Shown: positions 8,990 through 19,336 of the stretch, one piece after another
Position numbering within the stretch: position 1 is the first letter of the stretch
How the letters are laid out: each line of letters opens with the position of its first letter
Assembly: GCA_049678565.1 (NCBI GenBank)
Contig: JBAUEK010000047.1
Location: 1-53,698, forward strand
Length of the DNA stretch: 53,698 bases
Reading direction: 5' to 3'
Source: Methyloceanibacter sp.
GTDB lineage: Bacteria > Pseudomonadota > Alphaproteobacteria > Rhizobiales > Methyloligellaceae
The notes under the pieces: generated by a model
What the model was told of the DNA's origin: nothing
Seen by the model: only the letters and a program-made list of their open reading frames with translations
The model's database searches: none
Position numbers and translations under genes: made by a program

Positions 8990-9201
8990 GTGCTGTCCTC
9001 CTGGTCGGACGCCGCCCCGGCAAAATGGAAGCGCCGCCGGCGTTGGATCCGCCTGAAACTCAACTCTATCAAAAAATCGAGTCGCGTTGATGGCGGGAGC
9101 AAAGACTGCGTTAAGCAAAGCTTAGAGACGGAGGCGGCGTTACTCTAAAGACTCCGCTTCCGGCCTTGATTTGACCTTTTGCGTCTGTACCCTTGTATCG
9201 C

Positions 9202-10101
9202 ATGGACAATCACTCAGACGAACGCCCTTCGGCTTTGGATCGGGCCGTGGGACTCCTGCCCGCGGCCTGGACCGGCCGGGGCACCCTGATCCCGGTACTG
9301 CGATTCACCGGCCCGATCGGCGTCACCATGCCGCTCCGGCCAGGACTGACCTTGGCGACAAGCGCTGCCGCCATTGAGAAGGCCTTCTCCATGCGCGGCG
9401 CCAAGGCCGTGGCGATCCAGATCAACTCTCCCGGCGGCTCGGCGGTCCAGTCGGGGCTAATCTTCAAGCGCATCCGCGCCCTGGCCGAGGAGAAGGGCTT
9501 GAAGGTCTATGTCTTCGCTGAGGACGTTGCCGCCTCGGGCGGGTATCTGCTGGCCCTTGTCGGCGACGAGATCTACGCCGATGCCAGCTCGATCGTCGGC
9601 TCGATCGGCGTCGTCACCGCGACCTTCGGCTTCAATGAGCTGATCAACAAGATCGGGGTCCAGCGGCGGGTCTACACCGCCGGCGCCAACAAGGACACGC
9701 TCGACCCGTTCCTGCCGGAGAAGCCCGACGACGTGGAGCGGATCAAGGCGATCCAACGCGACGTGCATGACGAGTTCATCGCCCTGGTCAAGGCCAGGCG
9801 GGGCTCCCGCATCGACAAAGCGAGTGAGAGCCTGTTCACCGGGGAGTTCTGGTCCGGCAAGAAGGCGCTCGAGCTCGGCCTGATCGACGGGCTGAGCGAC
9901 CTCCGCTCGAAGATGCGCGAGATCTACGGAGACGAGGTCCGATTCAGCCTGGTCATGCCCTCGACGAGCTGGCTGCGGCGCAAGCGGGGCGTCTCCGTGC
10001 ATGGCGGCGGGTTCGACTTCGGTCTCACGCCTGGCGGACTTGCAGCCGACTTTATTTCTGCTATCGAAGCGCGCGCACTCTGGTCGCGTTTTGGATTTTA
10101 G
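9202..10101 (+). CDS. S49 family peptidase (SppA/SohB-like)
   Basis: INSPGGS, AASGGY, SIVGSIGV and K of the Ser-Lys dyad (GANKD). Confidence 0.92.
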   Translation: MDNHSDERPSALDRAVGLLPAAWTGRGTLIPVLRFTGPIGVTMPLRPGLTLATSAAAIEKAFSMRGAKAVAIQINSPGGSAVQSGLIFKRIRALAEEKGLKVYVFAEDVAASGGYLLALVGDEIYADASSIVGSIGVVTATFGFNELINKIGVQRRVYTAGANKDTLDPFLPEKPDDVERIKAIQRDVHDEFIALVKARRGSRIDKASESLFTGEFWSGKKALELGLIDGLSDLRSKMREIYGDEVRFSLVMPSTSWLRRKRGVSVHGGGFDFGLTPGGLAADFISAIEARALWSRFGF

Positions 10102-10104
10102 GCC

Positions 10105-10299
10105 ATGCCGCAGCTTCTCATTCTCATCGCAGCTGGCGCCGGCGCTCTCCTCGCCAGAGGCTGGTATCGCCGCGAGCGCGCACGCATCGCCGCCGAGCTT
10201 GCGCGCGCCAGACAGGCAATGGAACGGCGCGAGGGAGAGGGGATGGTCCGCTTGGAGCGCGACCCAGCCACGGGGGTCTATAGCCCGAAACGCGGTTGA
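10105..10299 (+). CDS. Small membrane-anchored hypothetical protein
   Basis: N-terminal hydrophobic helix, charged helix and C-terminal LERDPATGVY. Starts 3 nt after the S49 gene. Confidence 0.75.
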   Translation: MPQLLILIAAGAGALLARGWYRRERARIAAELARARQAMERREGEGMVRLERDPATGVYSPKRG

Positions 10300-10316
10300 T
10301 CTGGGCCGCCAGCACC

Positions 10317-10345
10317 CTTGACCCCGGCCTCCTGTCGCCGCATAG
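10317..10345 (+). promoter_or_regulatory. Putative sigma70 promoter of glyQS
   Basis: CTTGAC-N17-GCATAG, close to the alphaproteobacterial CTTGAC-N17-CTATAT consensus. Confidence 0.45.
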
Positions 10346-10393
10346 CGTCTCTCGCCCATAAGCAACCCTCCCCGACGGCTTAAAAAGCGACGA

Positions 10394-11350
10394 ATGACCG
10401 CCACCCCCAAAGCAGCCGGCCGACACGCGCCCTCCTCCTTCCAGGATCTGATCCTCGATCTCGAGCGTTATTGGGCCGAGCAGGGCTGCGTCATTCTTCA
10501 GCCCTACGACATGGAGATGGGGGCCGGCACCTTTCATCCCGCCACCACTTTGCGCGCGCTAGGCCCCCGGCCGTGGCGCGCGGCCTATGTGCAGCCTTCG
10601 CGGCGGCCGAAGGACGGCCGCTATGGCGAGAACCCGAACCGGCTCCAGCATTATTACCAGTTCCAGGTGATGCTGAAGCCGTCGCCCCCGGACATTCAGG
10701 ACCTCTATCTGAACAGCCTTCGCGCCATCGGCATCGACGTCGCCAATCACGACATCCGCTTCGTCGAGGACGATTGGGAGAGCCCGACGCTCGGCGCCTG
10801 GGGACTGGGCTGGGAGGTCTGGTGCGACGGCATGGAGGTGTCCCAGTTCACCTATTTCCAGCAGGTCGGCGGCTTCGATTGCGAGCCGGTCGCGGGCGAG
10901 CTCACTTATGGGCTGGAGCGTCTGGCCATGTATGTGCAAGGGGTCGACCGCGTCTTCGACCTGAACTTCAACGGCGCCCAGGGCGACGACAAGGTCACCT
11001 ATGGCGACGTGTTCCTGCAATCCGAGCAGGAATATTCGCGCTACAATTTCGAGCACGCCGACACCAAGATGCTGGCCGCGCATTTCCGCGATGCGGAAGC
11101 CGAGTGCAAATCGCTGCTGGCCAAAGGCGATGACGGCGGGCGCCATCTCATGGTGCTCCCGGCCTATGATCAATGCATCAAGGCCTCGCATCTGTTCAAC
11201 CTGCTCGACGCGCGCGGCGTGATCTCGGTGACCGAGCGGCAGGGCTTTATCCTGCGCGTGCGCGAGCTCGCGCGCGCCTGTTGCGCCGCCTGGCTGAAGA
11301 CGGCGGCGGGCGGTGCCGTGCGCGAACCTTCCCGGGCCGCCCATGGCTGA
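10394..11350 (+). CDS. glyQ: Glycine--tRNA ligase alpha subunit
   Basis: [27 protein letters not shown] and [14 protein letters not shown] motifs. Confidence 0.98.
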   Translation: MTATPKAAGRHAPSSFQDLILDLERYWAEQGCVILQPYDMEMGAGTFHPATTLRALGPRPWRAAYVQPSRRPKDGRYGENPNRLQHYYQFQVMLKPSPPDIQDLYLNSLRAIGIDVANHDIRFVEDDWESPTLGAWGLGWEVWCDGMEVSQFTYFQQVGGFDCEPVAGELTYGLERLAMYVQGVDRVFDLNFNGAQGDDKVTYGDVFLQSEQEYSRYNFEHADTKMLAAHFRDAEAECKSLLAKGDDGGRHLMVLPAYDQCIKASHLFNLLDARGVISVTERQGFILRVRELARACCAAWLKTAAGGAVREPSRAAHG

Positions 11351-13472
11351 GCTTCTGCTGGAACTGTTCTCGGAGGAGATTCCGGCGCGCATGCAGCCGC
11401 GCGCCGCCGAGGACCTTGCGCGTCTTCTCGGCGACGGCCTGAAGGCGGCAGGCCTGACCTTTGAGACCATTCGTAGCTTCGCCACGCCGCGCCGGCTCAC
11501 GGTGGTGGTGGATGGCTTGCCCGCGCGCTCGCCCGATGTGCGCGAGGAGAAGAAAGGCCCCAGGGTCGGCGCGCCCGCGGCTGCCATCCAGGGCTTCCTC
11601 AAATCCTCGGGACTCGATGCTCTCGATCAGGCGGAAACCCGCGCCGACAAGAAGGGCGACTTCTATGTGGCGCTGATCGAGCGGCCCGGACGCCCTACGG
11701 CGGATGTGGTGGCTGAGATCGTGCCCGAGATCATCCGCGGCTTCCCTTGGCCTAAATCGATGCGCTGGGGCAGTGGACGCCTGCGTTGGGTACGGCCGCT
11801 GCATTCGATCCTCTGTGTCTTCGGCGGCAAAGTGGTGCCGATCGAGATCGACGGGATCGCGAGCGGCGACGAGACGCGCGGCCACCGCTTCATGGCGCCG
11901 AAGCCATTCAGCGTGAAGGGCTTTGACGATTATCAGGAAAAGTTGCGCCAGGCCTTCGTCGTCCTCGACGGCAATGAGCGCAAGGTCATCATTCTACAGG
12001 CCGCAAGGAACCTGGCTGCGAAGGAAGGGCTGGAGCTTATCGAGGATGAGGCGCTGCTGGCCGAGAATGCGGGGCTCACCGAATGGCCGGTGGTGCTGAT
12101 GGGCGCCTTCGACGAAGGCTTCCTCGAGGTGCCGCCAGAAGTGCTCGCCACGTCGATGAAGGCGCACCAGAAATGCTTCTCGCTCACGCGCGGCAAGGAA
12201 CTCGCCAACCGCTTCGTCATGGTCGCCAATCTGGAAGCCGAGGACGGCGGCAAAGCCATCGTCGCCGGCAATGAACGGGTGATCAGGGCACGTCTCGCCG
12301 ACGCCAAATTCTTCTTCGACCACGACCGCAAGGTGATGCTCGAAGACCGCGTGCCAAAGCTGAAAGAAATCGTCTTCCACGACCGACTCGGGACGCAATA
12401 TGAGCGGATACAGAGGACAAGGATGCTGGCGCGCGAGATTGCGCTGACTATCGGCACCGATCCGGACCTGGCCGAACGCGCAGCCATCCTAGCCAAGGCA
12501 GATCTCGTCTCCAACATGGTTGGCGAGTTCCCGGAACTGCAAGGCGTGATGGGCCGCTATTACGCGCTCGATCAAGAGGAAGATTCGGTCGTGGCGGACG
12601 CGATCGCGGCTCACTACAAACCGGTCGGACCATCGGATCAGGTGCCGCGCGATCCCGTCGCGATTTCGGTCGCGCTCGCGGACAAGATCGACATGCTGGT
12701 CGGGTTCTGGGCCATCGACGAGAAGCCCACGGGCTCGAAGGATCCTTACGCGCTCCGCCGCGCCGCGCTTGGCGCGATCCGCCTCATCTTGGAGAACGGG
12801 CTTCGAATAGCTCTGATCGAGCCGCTCGATTCTCAGTCGATCAAAGTCGGCAAAACTTTTGCCGCCTTGGCCAAGGCCGCCGGGAAGAGCGCCGCGACAA
12901 GCGATGCGACCGTCAAATGGGCCGGGCGCAACGTTCGGGCGAGAAGCGTCGACCTGCTCTCCTTCTTCGCCGACCGGCTGAAAATATATCTCCGCGACCA
13001 GGGCGCCCGGCACGATCTGATCGACGCCGTGTTCTCCCTTGGCGGCCAGGACGATCTGCTGATGGCTGTGCGCCGCGTCGATGCGCTCGGCCGCTTCCTC
13101 GACACCGAGGACGGCGCCAACCTCCTCACCGGCACCAAGCGTGCGATCAATATTTTGCGTATCGAGGAGAAGAAGGACAACAGAGCCTACGATCAGCCGC
13201 CGGACGCCAAGCTATTCGAGCTGGCGGAGGAGAAGGCGCTGGCAAGGACCGTCGACGAGGTAGAGCGGGCCGCGGCTGCGGCGGTGAACAAGGAAGACTT
13301 TGCTGCCGCGATGACGGCGATGGCGCGGCTCCGCGCGCCGGTCGATGCCTTTTTCGATCACGTCACGGTCAATGCCGACGAGCCAAACCTCAGAAAGAAC
13401 CGGCTCAGGCTGCTCAACCGTATTCGTGCCACCACCCTGACCGTGGCGGATTTCTCCAAGATCGAGGGCTGA
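11343..13472 (+). CDS. glyS: Glycine--tRNA ligase beta subunit
   Basis: [30 protein letters not shown] and [12 protein letters not shown] motifs. 8-nt overlap with glyQ. Confidence 0.97.
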   Translation: MAELLLELFSEEIPARMQPRAAEDLARLLGDGLKAAGLTFETIRSFATPRRLTVVVDGLPARSPDVREEKKGPRVGAPAAAIQGFLKSSGLDALDQAETRADKKGDFYVALIERPGRPTADVVAEIVPEIIRGFPWPKSMRWGSGRLRWVRPLHSILCVFGGKVVPIEIDGIASGDETRGHRFMAPKPFSVKGFDDYQEKLRQAFVVLDGNERKVIILQAARNLAAKEGLELIEDEALLAENAGLTEWPVVLMGAFDEGFLEVPPEVLATSMKAHQKCFSLTRGKELANRFVMVANLEAEDGGKAIVAGNERVIRARLADAKFFFDHDRKVMLEDRVPKLKEIVFHDRLGTQYERIQRTRMLAREIALTIGTDPDLAERAAILAKADLVSNMVGEFPELQGVMGRYYALDQEEDSVVADAIAAHYKPVGPSDQVPRDPVAISVALADKIDMLVGFWAIDEKPTGSKDPYALRRAALGAIRLILENGLRIALIEPLDSQSIKVGKTFAALAKAAGKSAATSDATVKWAGRNVRARSVDLLSFFADRLKIYLRDQGARHDLIDAVFSLGGQDDLLMAVRRVDALGRFLDTEDGANLLTGTKRAINILRIEEKKDNRAYDQPPDAKLFELAEEKALARTVDEVERAAAAAVNKEDFAAAMTAMARLRAPVDAFFDHVTVNADEPNLRKNRLRLLNRIRATTLTVADFSKIEG

Positions 13473-13513
13473 ACCTCAAAGTAGGGCACAAAGGGGAATC
13501 GCGGAGGTACGCC

Positions 13514-13939
13514 ATGCCTGCCCACATCAGCATGATCACTCTTGGCGTCGCCGATGTGGCGAAGGCCACCGCCTTTTATCAAGGGCTTGGATTTGTGACT
13601 TCGAGCGCGAGCCAGCCGAGCGTCAGCTTCCTGCGCGCCGGGCCGGTCGTGCTTGGGCTGTTCGGCCGAGAGGCGCTTGAGGGCGATGGGCACATTGATA
13701 CGGTCTGGACCGGCAATGGCGGCATCGCACTGGCGCAGAATCTGGCGAGCGAGCAAGAGGTCGATGCCATGATGGCCAAGGCCGAAGCCAATGGCGCCCG
13801 CATCCTGAAGCCAGCGGCCAAGACCTTTTGGGGCGGTTATGGCGGCTACTTCGCCGATCCCGACGGCCATGCGTGGGAAGTCGCCCATAATCCATATTGG
13901 GTCTTGGAGGCCGACGGCCGGGTGAGTTTGCCGGACTAG
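13514..13939 (+). CDS. VOC/glyoxalase family protein
   Basis: ISMITLGVAD...FWGGYGGYFADPDGHAWEVAHNP. GGAGG RBS before ATG 13514. Confidence 0.9.
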   Translation: MPAHISMITLGVADVAKATAFYQGLGFVTSSASQPSVSFLRAGPVVLGLFGREALEGDGHIDTVWTGNGGIALAQNLASEQEVDAMMAKAEANGARILKPAAKTFWGGYGGYFADPDGHAWEVAHNPYWVLEADGRVSLPD

Positions 13940-13943
13940 TCCT

Positions 13944-14363
13944 ATGCCCAGCCATCTCTTCGTCTACGGCACGTTACGGTCGGAAAGCCGCCATCCCGTC
14001 GCCCAGCGGCTTCGGGGTCAGGCCAAGCTCGTCGGCAAGGCTTCGACTCCCGGCGTGCTCTGCGATTTTGGCTGGTATCCGGGCGCGCTGTTCCGGCCCG
14101 ACGCCAAGACTCGCGTCGTCGGCGATGTGTACGCACTCAGGCACGCAGAGCGGCTGCTGGCGCAGCTCGACGACTACGAGACCGGCGATCCGGTGTCGCC
14201 CTTTTTCAGGCGCATCGCGATCGTGGTGCGCCTCGACGGGGGCCGTGCCCTCGAGAGCTGGACCTATGAGCTGTGCGAGGCTCCGGCACGACTGAAACCA
14301 ATCGAGAGCGGCGACTTCATCTTGCATCGGCGCCTGCGCGCGGGGCGTCCGCTTCGCGCTTAG
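13944..14363 (+). CDS. Gamma-glutamylcyclotransferase (AIG2-like) family protein
   Basis: LFVYGTL, YPGA and LDDYE motifs. Confidence 0.88.
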   Translation: MPSHLFVYGTLRSESRHPVAQRLRGQAKLVGKASTPGVLCDFGWYPGALFRPDAKTRVVGDVYALRHAERLLAQLDDYETGDPVSPFFRRIAIVVRLDGGRALESWTYELCEAPARLKPIESGDFILHRRLRAGRPLRA

Positions 14364-14462
14364 CGCGTTCCCTCCCCGCCATTTGTGTCAATGGACCGGG
14401 GCCGCTAAAAGAGCAGGCTCGCCAGTTGGCATGGAACACGCGACAGGAGAAGCCGCCAGGCC

Positions 14463-17144
14463 ATGAGTGCGTCGCCCAAATGGGTCTTCATTTTCGGTGG
14501 AGGCCGCGCCGACGGCGCCGCCACGCAGCGCGATCTGCTCGGCGGCAAAGGCGCCTATCTCGCCGAGATGGCGCGCCTCGGCCTGCCGGTGCCACCTGGC
14601 CTCACCATCTCCTCTGAGGTCTGCGCCGCCTATTACAAATCCGACCGAAGCCTGCCCGAGGCGCTGAAGCCGATGGTCAGCGAGGCGCTCGACGTCGTGG
14701 GCGAGATCGCTGGCGCCCGCTTCGGCGATGTCGAGAATCCGCTGCTGGTGTCGGTACGTTCAGGCTCGCGCGCTTCGATGCCGGGCATGATGGATACGGT
14801 GCTCAATCTCGGGCTCAACGATTTGACGGTCGAGGGGTTGGCGCGGCGGTCCTCGGATCGAAGATTCGCCTACGACACCTATCGCCGCTTCATCCAAATG
14901 TATGGCGACGTGGTGCTCGGCATCGACCACGATCTGTTCGAGGAGGCCCTGGAGAACTACAAAAATCTCAGGGGCTTCGAGCTCGATCCTGAACTCAAAG
15001 CCGAGCACTGGTCTGAGGTCGTGACCCGGTTCAAAGCCCTCGTCGAGGAAGAGCTCGGCAAACCCTTCCCGCAAGATTTGCATGTCCAGCTTTGGGGCGC
15101 GATCGCCGCCGTGTTCGGGTCCTGGCGCAATGCCCGCGCCATTGCCTATCGCCGGCTGCACGACATTCCCGACGACTGGGGCACCGCGGTGACCGTGCAG
15201 GCCATGGTATTCGGCAATATGGGGGAGCGGAGCGCCACCGGTGTCGTCTTCACCCGCAATCCCTCCACCGGCGAGAACGAGCTCTACGGCGAATATCTCG
15301 TCAATGCGCAAGGCGAGGACGTGGTCTCGGGCCTGCGCACGCCGCAGCCTCTGACCGAAGCTGCGCGCACCGTCGCCAGCGATCTCCGGCCCTCGCTCGA
15401 GGCGCTGATGCCCGATGTGTTCGCCGAGCTCAAGCGCGCTTGCGCTAAGCTCGAGGCGCATTTCCGCGACATCCAGGACATCGAGTTCACGGTGGAGGAA
15501 GGCAAGCTGTGGATGCTGCAAAGCCGCTCGGGCAAACGCAGCATGCAGGCGGCGCTGAAGATTGCCGTCGACATGGCGGCGGAAGGATTGATGAGCCGCG
15601 AGGAAGCCGTGTCGGGGATCGATGCGGCCCAACTCGACCAGCTCCTGCATCCGACGCTCGATCCCAATTCCGAGAAGGTGATCATCGCCACGGGCCTGCC
15701 CGCTTCGCCGGGAGCGGCCTCGGGCGAGCTCGTCTTCGATTCCGACCAGGCCGTGCATCTCAAGGCGCAAGGCCACACGCTCATCCTGGCGCGGATCGAG
15801 ACCTCGCCGGAGGACGTCCAAGGCATGCATGCCGCGGCCGGCATTCTCACCACGCGGGGCGGCATGACGAGCCATGCGGCGGTGGTCGCGCGCGGCATGG
15901 GACGCCCTTGCGTCGTCGGCGCCGCCTCGGTCCAGATCGATATGGAGCGGGAGACGCTGATGGCCGGCGGCGAACTTCTGCATAAGGGCAGCATCGTCAC
16001 CATCGACGGATCGTCCGGCCATATCATCAAGGGCCACGTGCCGATGCGCGAGGCCACCCTCTCACCGGACTTCGTGACCCTGATGGAGTGGGCGGATTCG
16101 TTCCGCCGCATGAAGGTCCGGGCCAATGCCGACACCCCGGCCGACGCGCGTCAGGCCCGCGCCTTCGGGGCGGACGGCATCGGGCTTTGCCGCACCGAGC
16201 ATATGTTTTTCGAGGAAGGCCGCATCGTCCCCATGCGCGAGATGATCCTTGCGGATGACGAAGAGGGCCGCCGGCATGCGCTCGACAAGCTGCTGCCGAT
16301 GCAGCGCCAGGATTTTCTCGAGCTGTTCGAGATCATGTCCGGCCTGCCGGTGACCATTCGCCTGCTCGATCCGCCGCTGCACGAGTTCCTGCCCCACACC
16401 GAAGCGGCCATCGGCGACGTCGCCTCGGCCATGGGCGTGAGCGTGAGCAAACTCAGGCGGCGGGTCGCGGCGCTACGCGAGTTCAACCCGATGCTCGGCC
16501 ATCGCGGGGCGAGGCTGCTGGTGAGCTTTCCCGAAATCGCCGAGATGCAGGCGCGCGCGATCTTCGAAGCCTCGATCGAGGCCGGACGGCGGCTCGACAT
16601 CGGCGTCATGCCCGAGATCATGGTGCCGCTGGTCACGTCCAAGGCCGAGCTCGACATCGTCAAGGAGCGCGTCGCGGCCACGGCGCGCGCGGTGGAGACG
16701 GAGCAACGGCTCGCCGTCCATTATTCGGTCGGCACCATGGTCGAGCTTCCCCGCGCCTGTCTCAACGCCGGCGAGATCGGCCAGAGCGCCGATTTCTTTT
16801 CGTTCGGGACCAACGATCTGACGCAAACCACCTTCGGCCTGAGCCGTGACGATGCCGGCCGCATCCTCGGCGAGTATGCCGACAAGGGCATTATCCAGCA
16901 CGACCCCTTCGTCACACTCGATGCCACCGTGGGCGAGCTGATGGAGATCGGGGCCGAGCGCGGGCGGCGGGCGCGGCAAGACCTCAAGATCGGCATTTGC
17001 GGCGAGCACGGAGGCGACCCCGCCTCCATCGGCTTTTGCGAGAGCATCAGGCTCGATTACGTGTCCTGCTCCCCCTACCGGGTCCCCGTGGCCAGGCTCG
17101 CCGCGGCGCAGGCCGCTTTAAGGCTCAAGAGAACGCCGCATTAA
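14463..17144 (+). CDS. ppdK: Pyruvate, phosphate dikinase
   Basis: LGGKG, SMPGMMDTVLNLG, GGMTSHAAVVARG (phospho-His), FSFGTNDLTQ and GICGEHGGDP motifs. Confidence 0.97.
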   Translation: MSASPKWVFIFGGGRADGAATQRDLLGGKGAYLAEMARLGLPVPPGLTISSEVCAAYYKSDRSLPEALKPMVSEALDVVGEIAGARFGDVENPLLVSVRSGSRASMPGMMDTVLNLGLNDLTVEGLARRSSDRRFAYDTYRRFIQMYGDVVLGIDHDLFEEALENYKNLRGFELDPELKAEHWSEVVTRFKALVEEELGKPFPQDLHVQLWGAIAAVFGSWRNARAIAYRRLHDIPDDWGTAVTVQAMVFGNMGERSATGVVFTRNPSTGENELYGEYLVNAQGEDVVSGLRTPQPLTEAARTVASDLRPSLEALMPDVFAELKRACAKLEAHFRDIQDIEFTVEEGKLWMLQSRSGKRSMQAALKIAVDMAAEGLMSREEAVSGIDAAQLDQLLHPTLDPNSEKVIIATGLPASPGAASGELVFDSDQAVHLKAQGHTLILARIETSPEDVQGMHAAAGILTTRGGMTSHAAVVARGMGRPCVVGAASVQIDMERETLMAGGELLHKGSIVTIDGSSGHIIKGHVPMREATLSPDFVTLMEWADSFRRMKVRANADTPADARQARAFGADGIGLCRTEHMFFEEGRIVPMREMILADDEEGRRHALDKLLPMQRQDFLELFEIMSGLPVTIRLLDPPLHEFLPHTEAAIGDVASAMGVSVSKLRRRVAALREFNPMLGHRGARLLVSFPEIAEMQARAIFEASIEAGRRLDIGVMPEIMVPLVTSKAELDIVKERVAATARAVETEQRLAVHYSVGTMVELPRACLNAGEIGQSADFFSFGTNDLTQTTFGLSRDDAGRILGEYADKGIIQHDPFVTLDATVGELMEIGAERGRRARQDLKIGICGEHGGDPASIGFCESIRLDYVSCSPYRVPVARLAAAQAALRLKRTPH

Positions 17145-17415
17145 CCATGTTCTCAAAAGCATTTGGGCCTTGGCCTTCACCATAATTTGTCCTAAATCAT
17201 TGGGCAGCATAACTGCCAACTAGACGGGACTCCGGGCAAACCGGTGGGGGACGAAAAAACTCAACGCTTTATATTTCCCACTTTTTTGGCTGGTTTCTAG
17301 ATGGGGACTAGCCTCGACCGCGCCCACCAAGTGGCGTCATCGAGGCGCGCGAATGGCCTGACGGGGTAAAGGTCAGCCTTTCGCGTGAGTAACGGGGACA
17401 GCCCGGGAGGGACCT

Positions 17416-18522
17416 TTGGGCCGACGCTCGCCTCGTCGGATGTGGCATGTAGCCGCTGCGCTCGCGCCGCTTCCGTTGATAGGACTGGGCTATGCTTCGA
17501 TTCCGGGCAACCAAATTGCCTTTCGGATCGAGCTTCTGCTTTCGGGGGACGGCTCTGTCCACGCGCTTTCGCGGGACGCGGCCGCACCATCGGAAGCCCA
17601 TCAGCCGTTGCCCAGAGCCGCGGCGTCACTCTTCCGCAGCGATGGAAAAGGCCCCCGAGCCGATCAATATCTCGCCGTCGTCACCACCACCTACGCCAAT
17701 AAGCAGTTCGTTTCGGCCAGCCTCGCCGGCGCCGACTTGAATGGCGCGACCCCGACCATTCGGGGTGAGATCATCCGCGACAACAAGGCGGACCGCCTCA
17801 ACCCAACCGTGACGGAAGTCGCCCTCCACGGCTCGTATAAAGGCGGCAGTGTCTCCTTCCTCGACTTCCCAGCCCAAACCATGCAGTTCCAGCCGGGACT
17901 CGCCACCGTGTCACCGGCGGTGAAAGCCGTGGCCTACAGCCCGTCCCCCTCGGCCCTGAACTTCAAATATAAGGGTGAGAGCCAGGCGGAGTTCGAGGAG
18001 CGCGAGCGGCGTTGCCTCGCCACCGCGATCTATTTCGAGGCACGCGGCGAACCCTTGCAGGGGCAGATCGCCGTGGGCCAAGTGATCCTCAACCGGGTCC
18101 GGAGCCCGCAATTCCCGGAGACGATCTGCGGCGTCGTCTATCAGGGCCAGATGGCGCCGGGCTGCCAATTCTCCTTTGCCTGCGATGGGCGCACCGACAA
18201 TCACAAACCCGGCGCTCAGTGGGACCTCGCCACCAACCTCGCGCGTAAGATCACTTCGGGCCAGGCATGGTTGCCAGAGGTCGGATATTCGACCTTCTAT
18301 CACGCGGATTACGTCAGGCCGGGCTGGGCCAGCGCCATGAACAAGATCGACTCGATCGGCCGGCACATCTTCTACAAGAAGCGGAACGAGCGGCCTTACG
18401 TGGTGGAGGCTTCGACCAGCTCCGCCGCCTCTGACGCGGTGACGGTCTCGCTCGCCTCCGCTACCCCAACCGCGATCAGCGCCAGTCCAGCGCTAAGTCT
18501 AGGCATGGCGCCGAGTGAGTAA
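17416..18522 (+). CDS. SleB/CwlJ-type cell wall hydrolase (Hydrolase_2)
   Basis: CLATAIYFEARGE, VILNRV...CGVVYQ and CQFSF motifs. N-terminal membrane anchor. TTG start after GGGAGG. Confidence 0.9.
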   Translation: MGRRSPRRMWHVAAALAPLPLIGLGYASIPGNQIAFRIELLLSGDGSVHALSRDAAAPSEAHQPLPRAAASLFRSDGKGPRADQYLAVVTTTYANKQFVSASLAGADLNGATPTIRGEIIRDNKADRLNPTVTEVALHGSYKGGSVSFLDFPAQTMQFQPGLATVSPAVKAVAYSPSPSALNFKYKGESQAEFEERERRCLATAIYFEARGEPLQGQIAVGQVILNRVRSPQFPETICGVVYQGQMAPGCQFSFACDGRTDNHKPGAQWDLATNLARKITSGQAWLPEVGYSTFYHADYVRPGWASAMNKIDSIGRHIFYKKRNERPYVVEASTSSAASDAVTVSLASATPTAISASPALSLGMAPSE

Positions 18523-19336
18523 GCGCTCCGACCGAGATTAGGTCGACCCCGCTTCCCGCGATTTTTGCAACGGTCTCCAAATTCACGCCGCCCGATGCTT
18601 CTGTCGTTACGCGGCCGTCGACCAGCGCCACCGCTTGTTTGAGCGTGGCGACATCCATATTGTCGAGCAGCACCGCGTCGATCGGGAAGCGCAAGGCTTC
18701 TTCGAGCTGAGCCAGACTGTCGACCTCGACCTCGATCTTGACCAGATGCCCGGAGCGCAGCCGCAATCGCTCCAGCGCGCAGCCCAGGCCTCCAGCCGCG
18801 GCGATGTGGTTGTCCTTCACCAGCACCGCGTCATAGAGGCCGAAGCGGTGGTTGACGCCGCCGCCGGCCCGTACCGCGTATTTCTCGAAGGCGCGCAAGC
18901 CCGGCGTTGTCTTGCGTGTGCAGGCGATGCGAGCCTTGGTGCCCTTGACGGCCGTAACGTAAGCCGCGGTGAGGCTTGCGATCCCGCTCAAATGGCCGAG
19001 GAAGTTGAGTGCGACGCGCTCGGCCGAAAGCAGCGCCCGGGTCCTTCCCTTGATGCCTGCGATGCGCGCGCCGGCCTGTATTTTGGCGCCGTCCCCGACA
19101 GAAGCGGTGAACTCCGCCTCCGGATCTAGCGTCTTGAAGGTCGCGGCGGCGAGATCGAGCCCCGCGATCACGCCGGCCTCGCGCGCCAGGATCTCGGCCT
19201 CGCCTGTCGCCTCCGCGGCGATGATGGCATCGGTGGTGATGTCGCCGGCGAGCCCCAAATCCTCGTCCAGCGCCCCGGCCACGGCGCGCTGGACGAGGAG
19301 CGAGGGCAGCTCGAATTTCACTGCTTCAGCCGTCAT
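18476..19336 (-). CDS. nadC: Nicotinate-nucleotide diphosphorylase (carboxylating)
   Basis: TRKTTPG, NHRFGL.DAVLVKDNH, LLDNM, EASGG and ISVGALTHS motifs. Confidence 0.97.
   Translation of the reverse strand: MTAEAVKFELPSLLVQRAVAGALDEDLGLAGDITTDAIIAAEATGEAEILAREAGVIAGLDLAAATFKTLDPEAEFTASVGDGAKIQAGARIAGIKGRTRALLSAERVALNFLGHLSGIASLTAAYVTAVKGTKARIACTRKTTPGLRAFEKYAVRAGGGVNHRFGLYDAVLVKDNHIAAAGGLGCALERLRLRSGHLVKIEVEVDSLAQLEEALRFPIDAVLLDNMDVATLKQAVALVDGRVTTEASGGVNLETVAKIAGSGVDLISVGALTHSAPCLDLALDWR

Noticed and set aside
14463..17144. PpdK substitutions (GGKGAYL for GGKGANL; MLQSRSGK)
   Set aside because: The catalytic Lys, phospho-His and C-terminal Cys motifs are intact, so this is ordinary divergence.
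17233..17262. GGGCAAACC...GGGACG resembling the c-di-GMP-I riboswitch core
   Set aside because: It lacks the P2 stem with GNRA tetraloop, the GCAAAGC junction and the P3 receptor. The spacing is too short.
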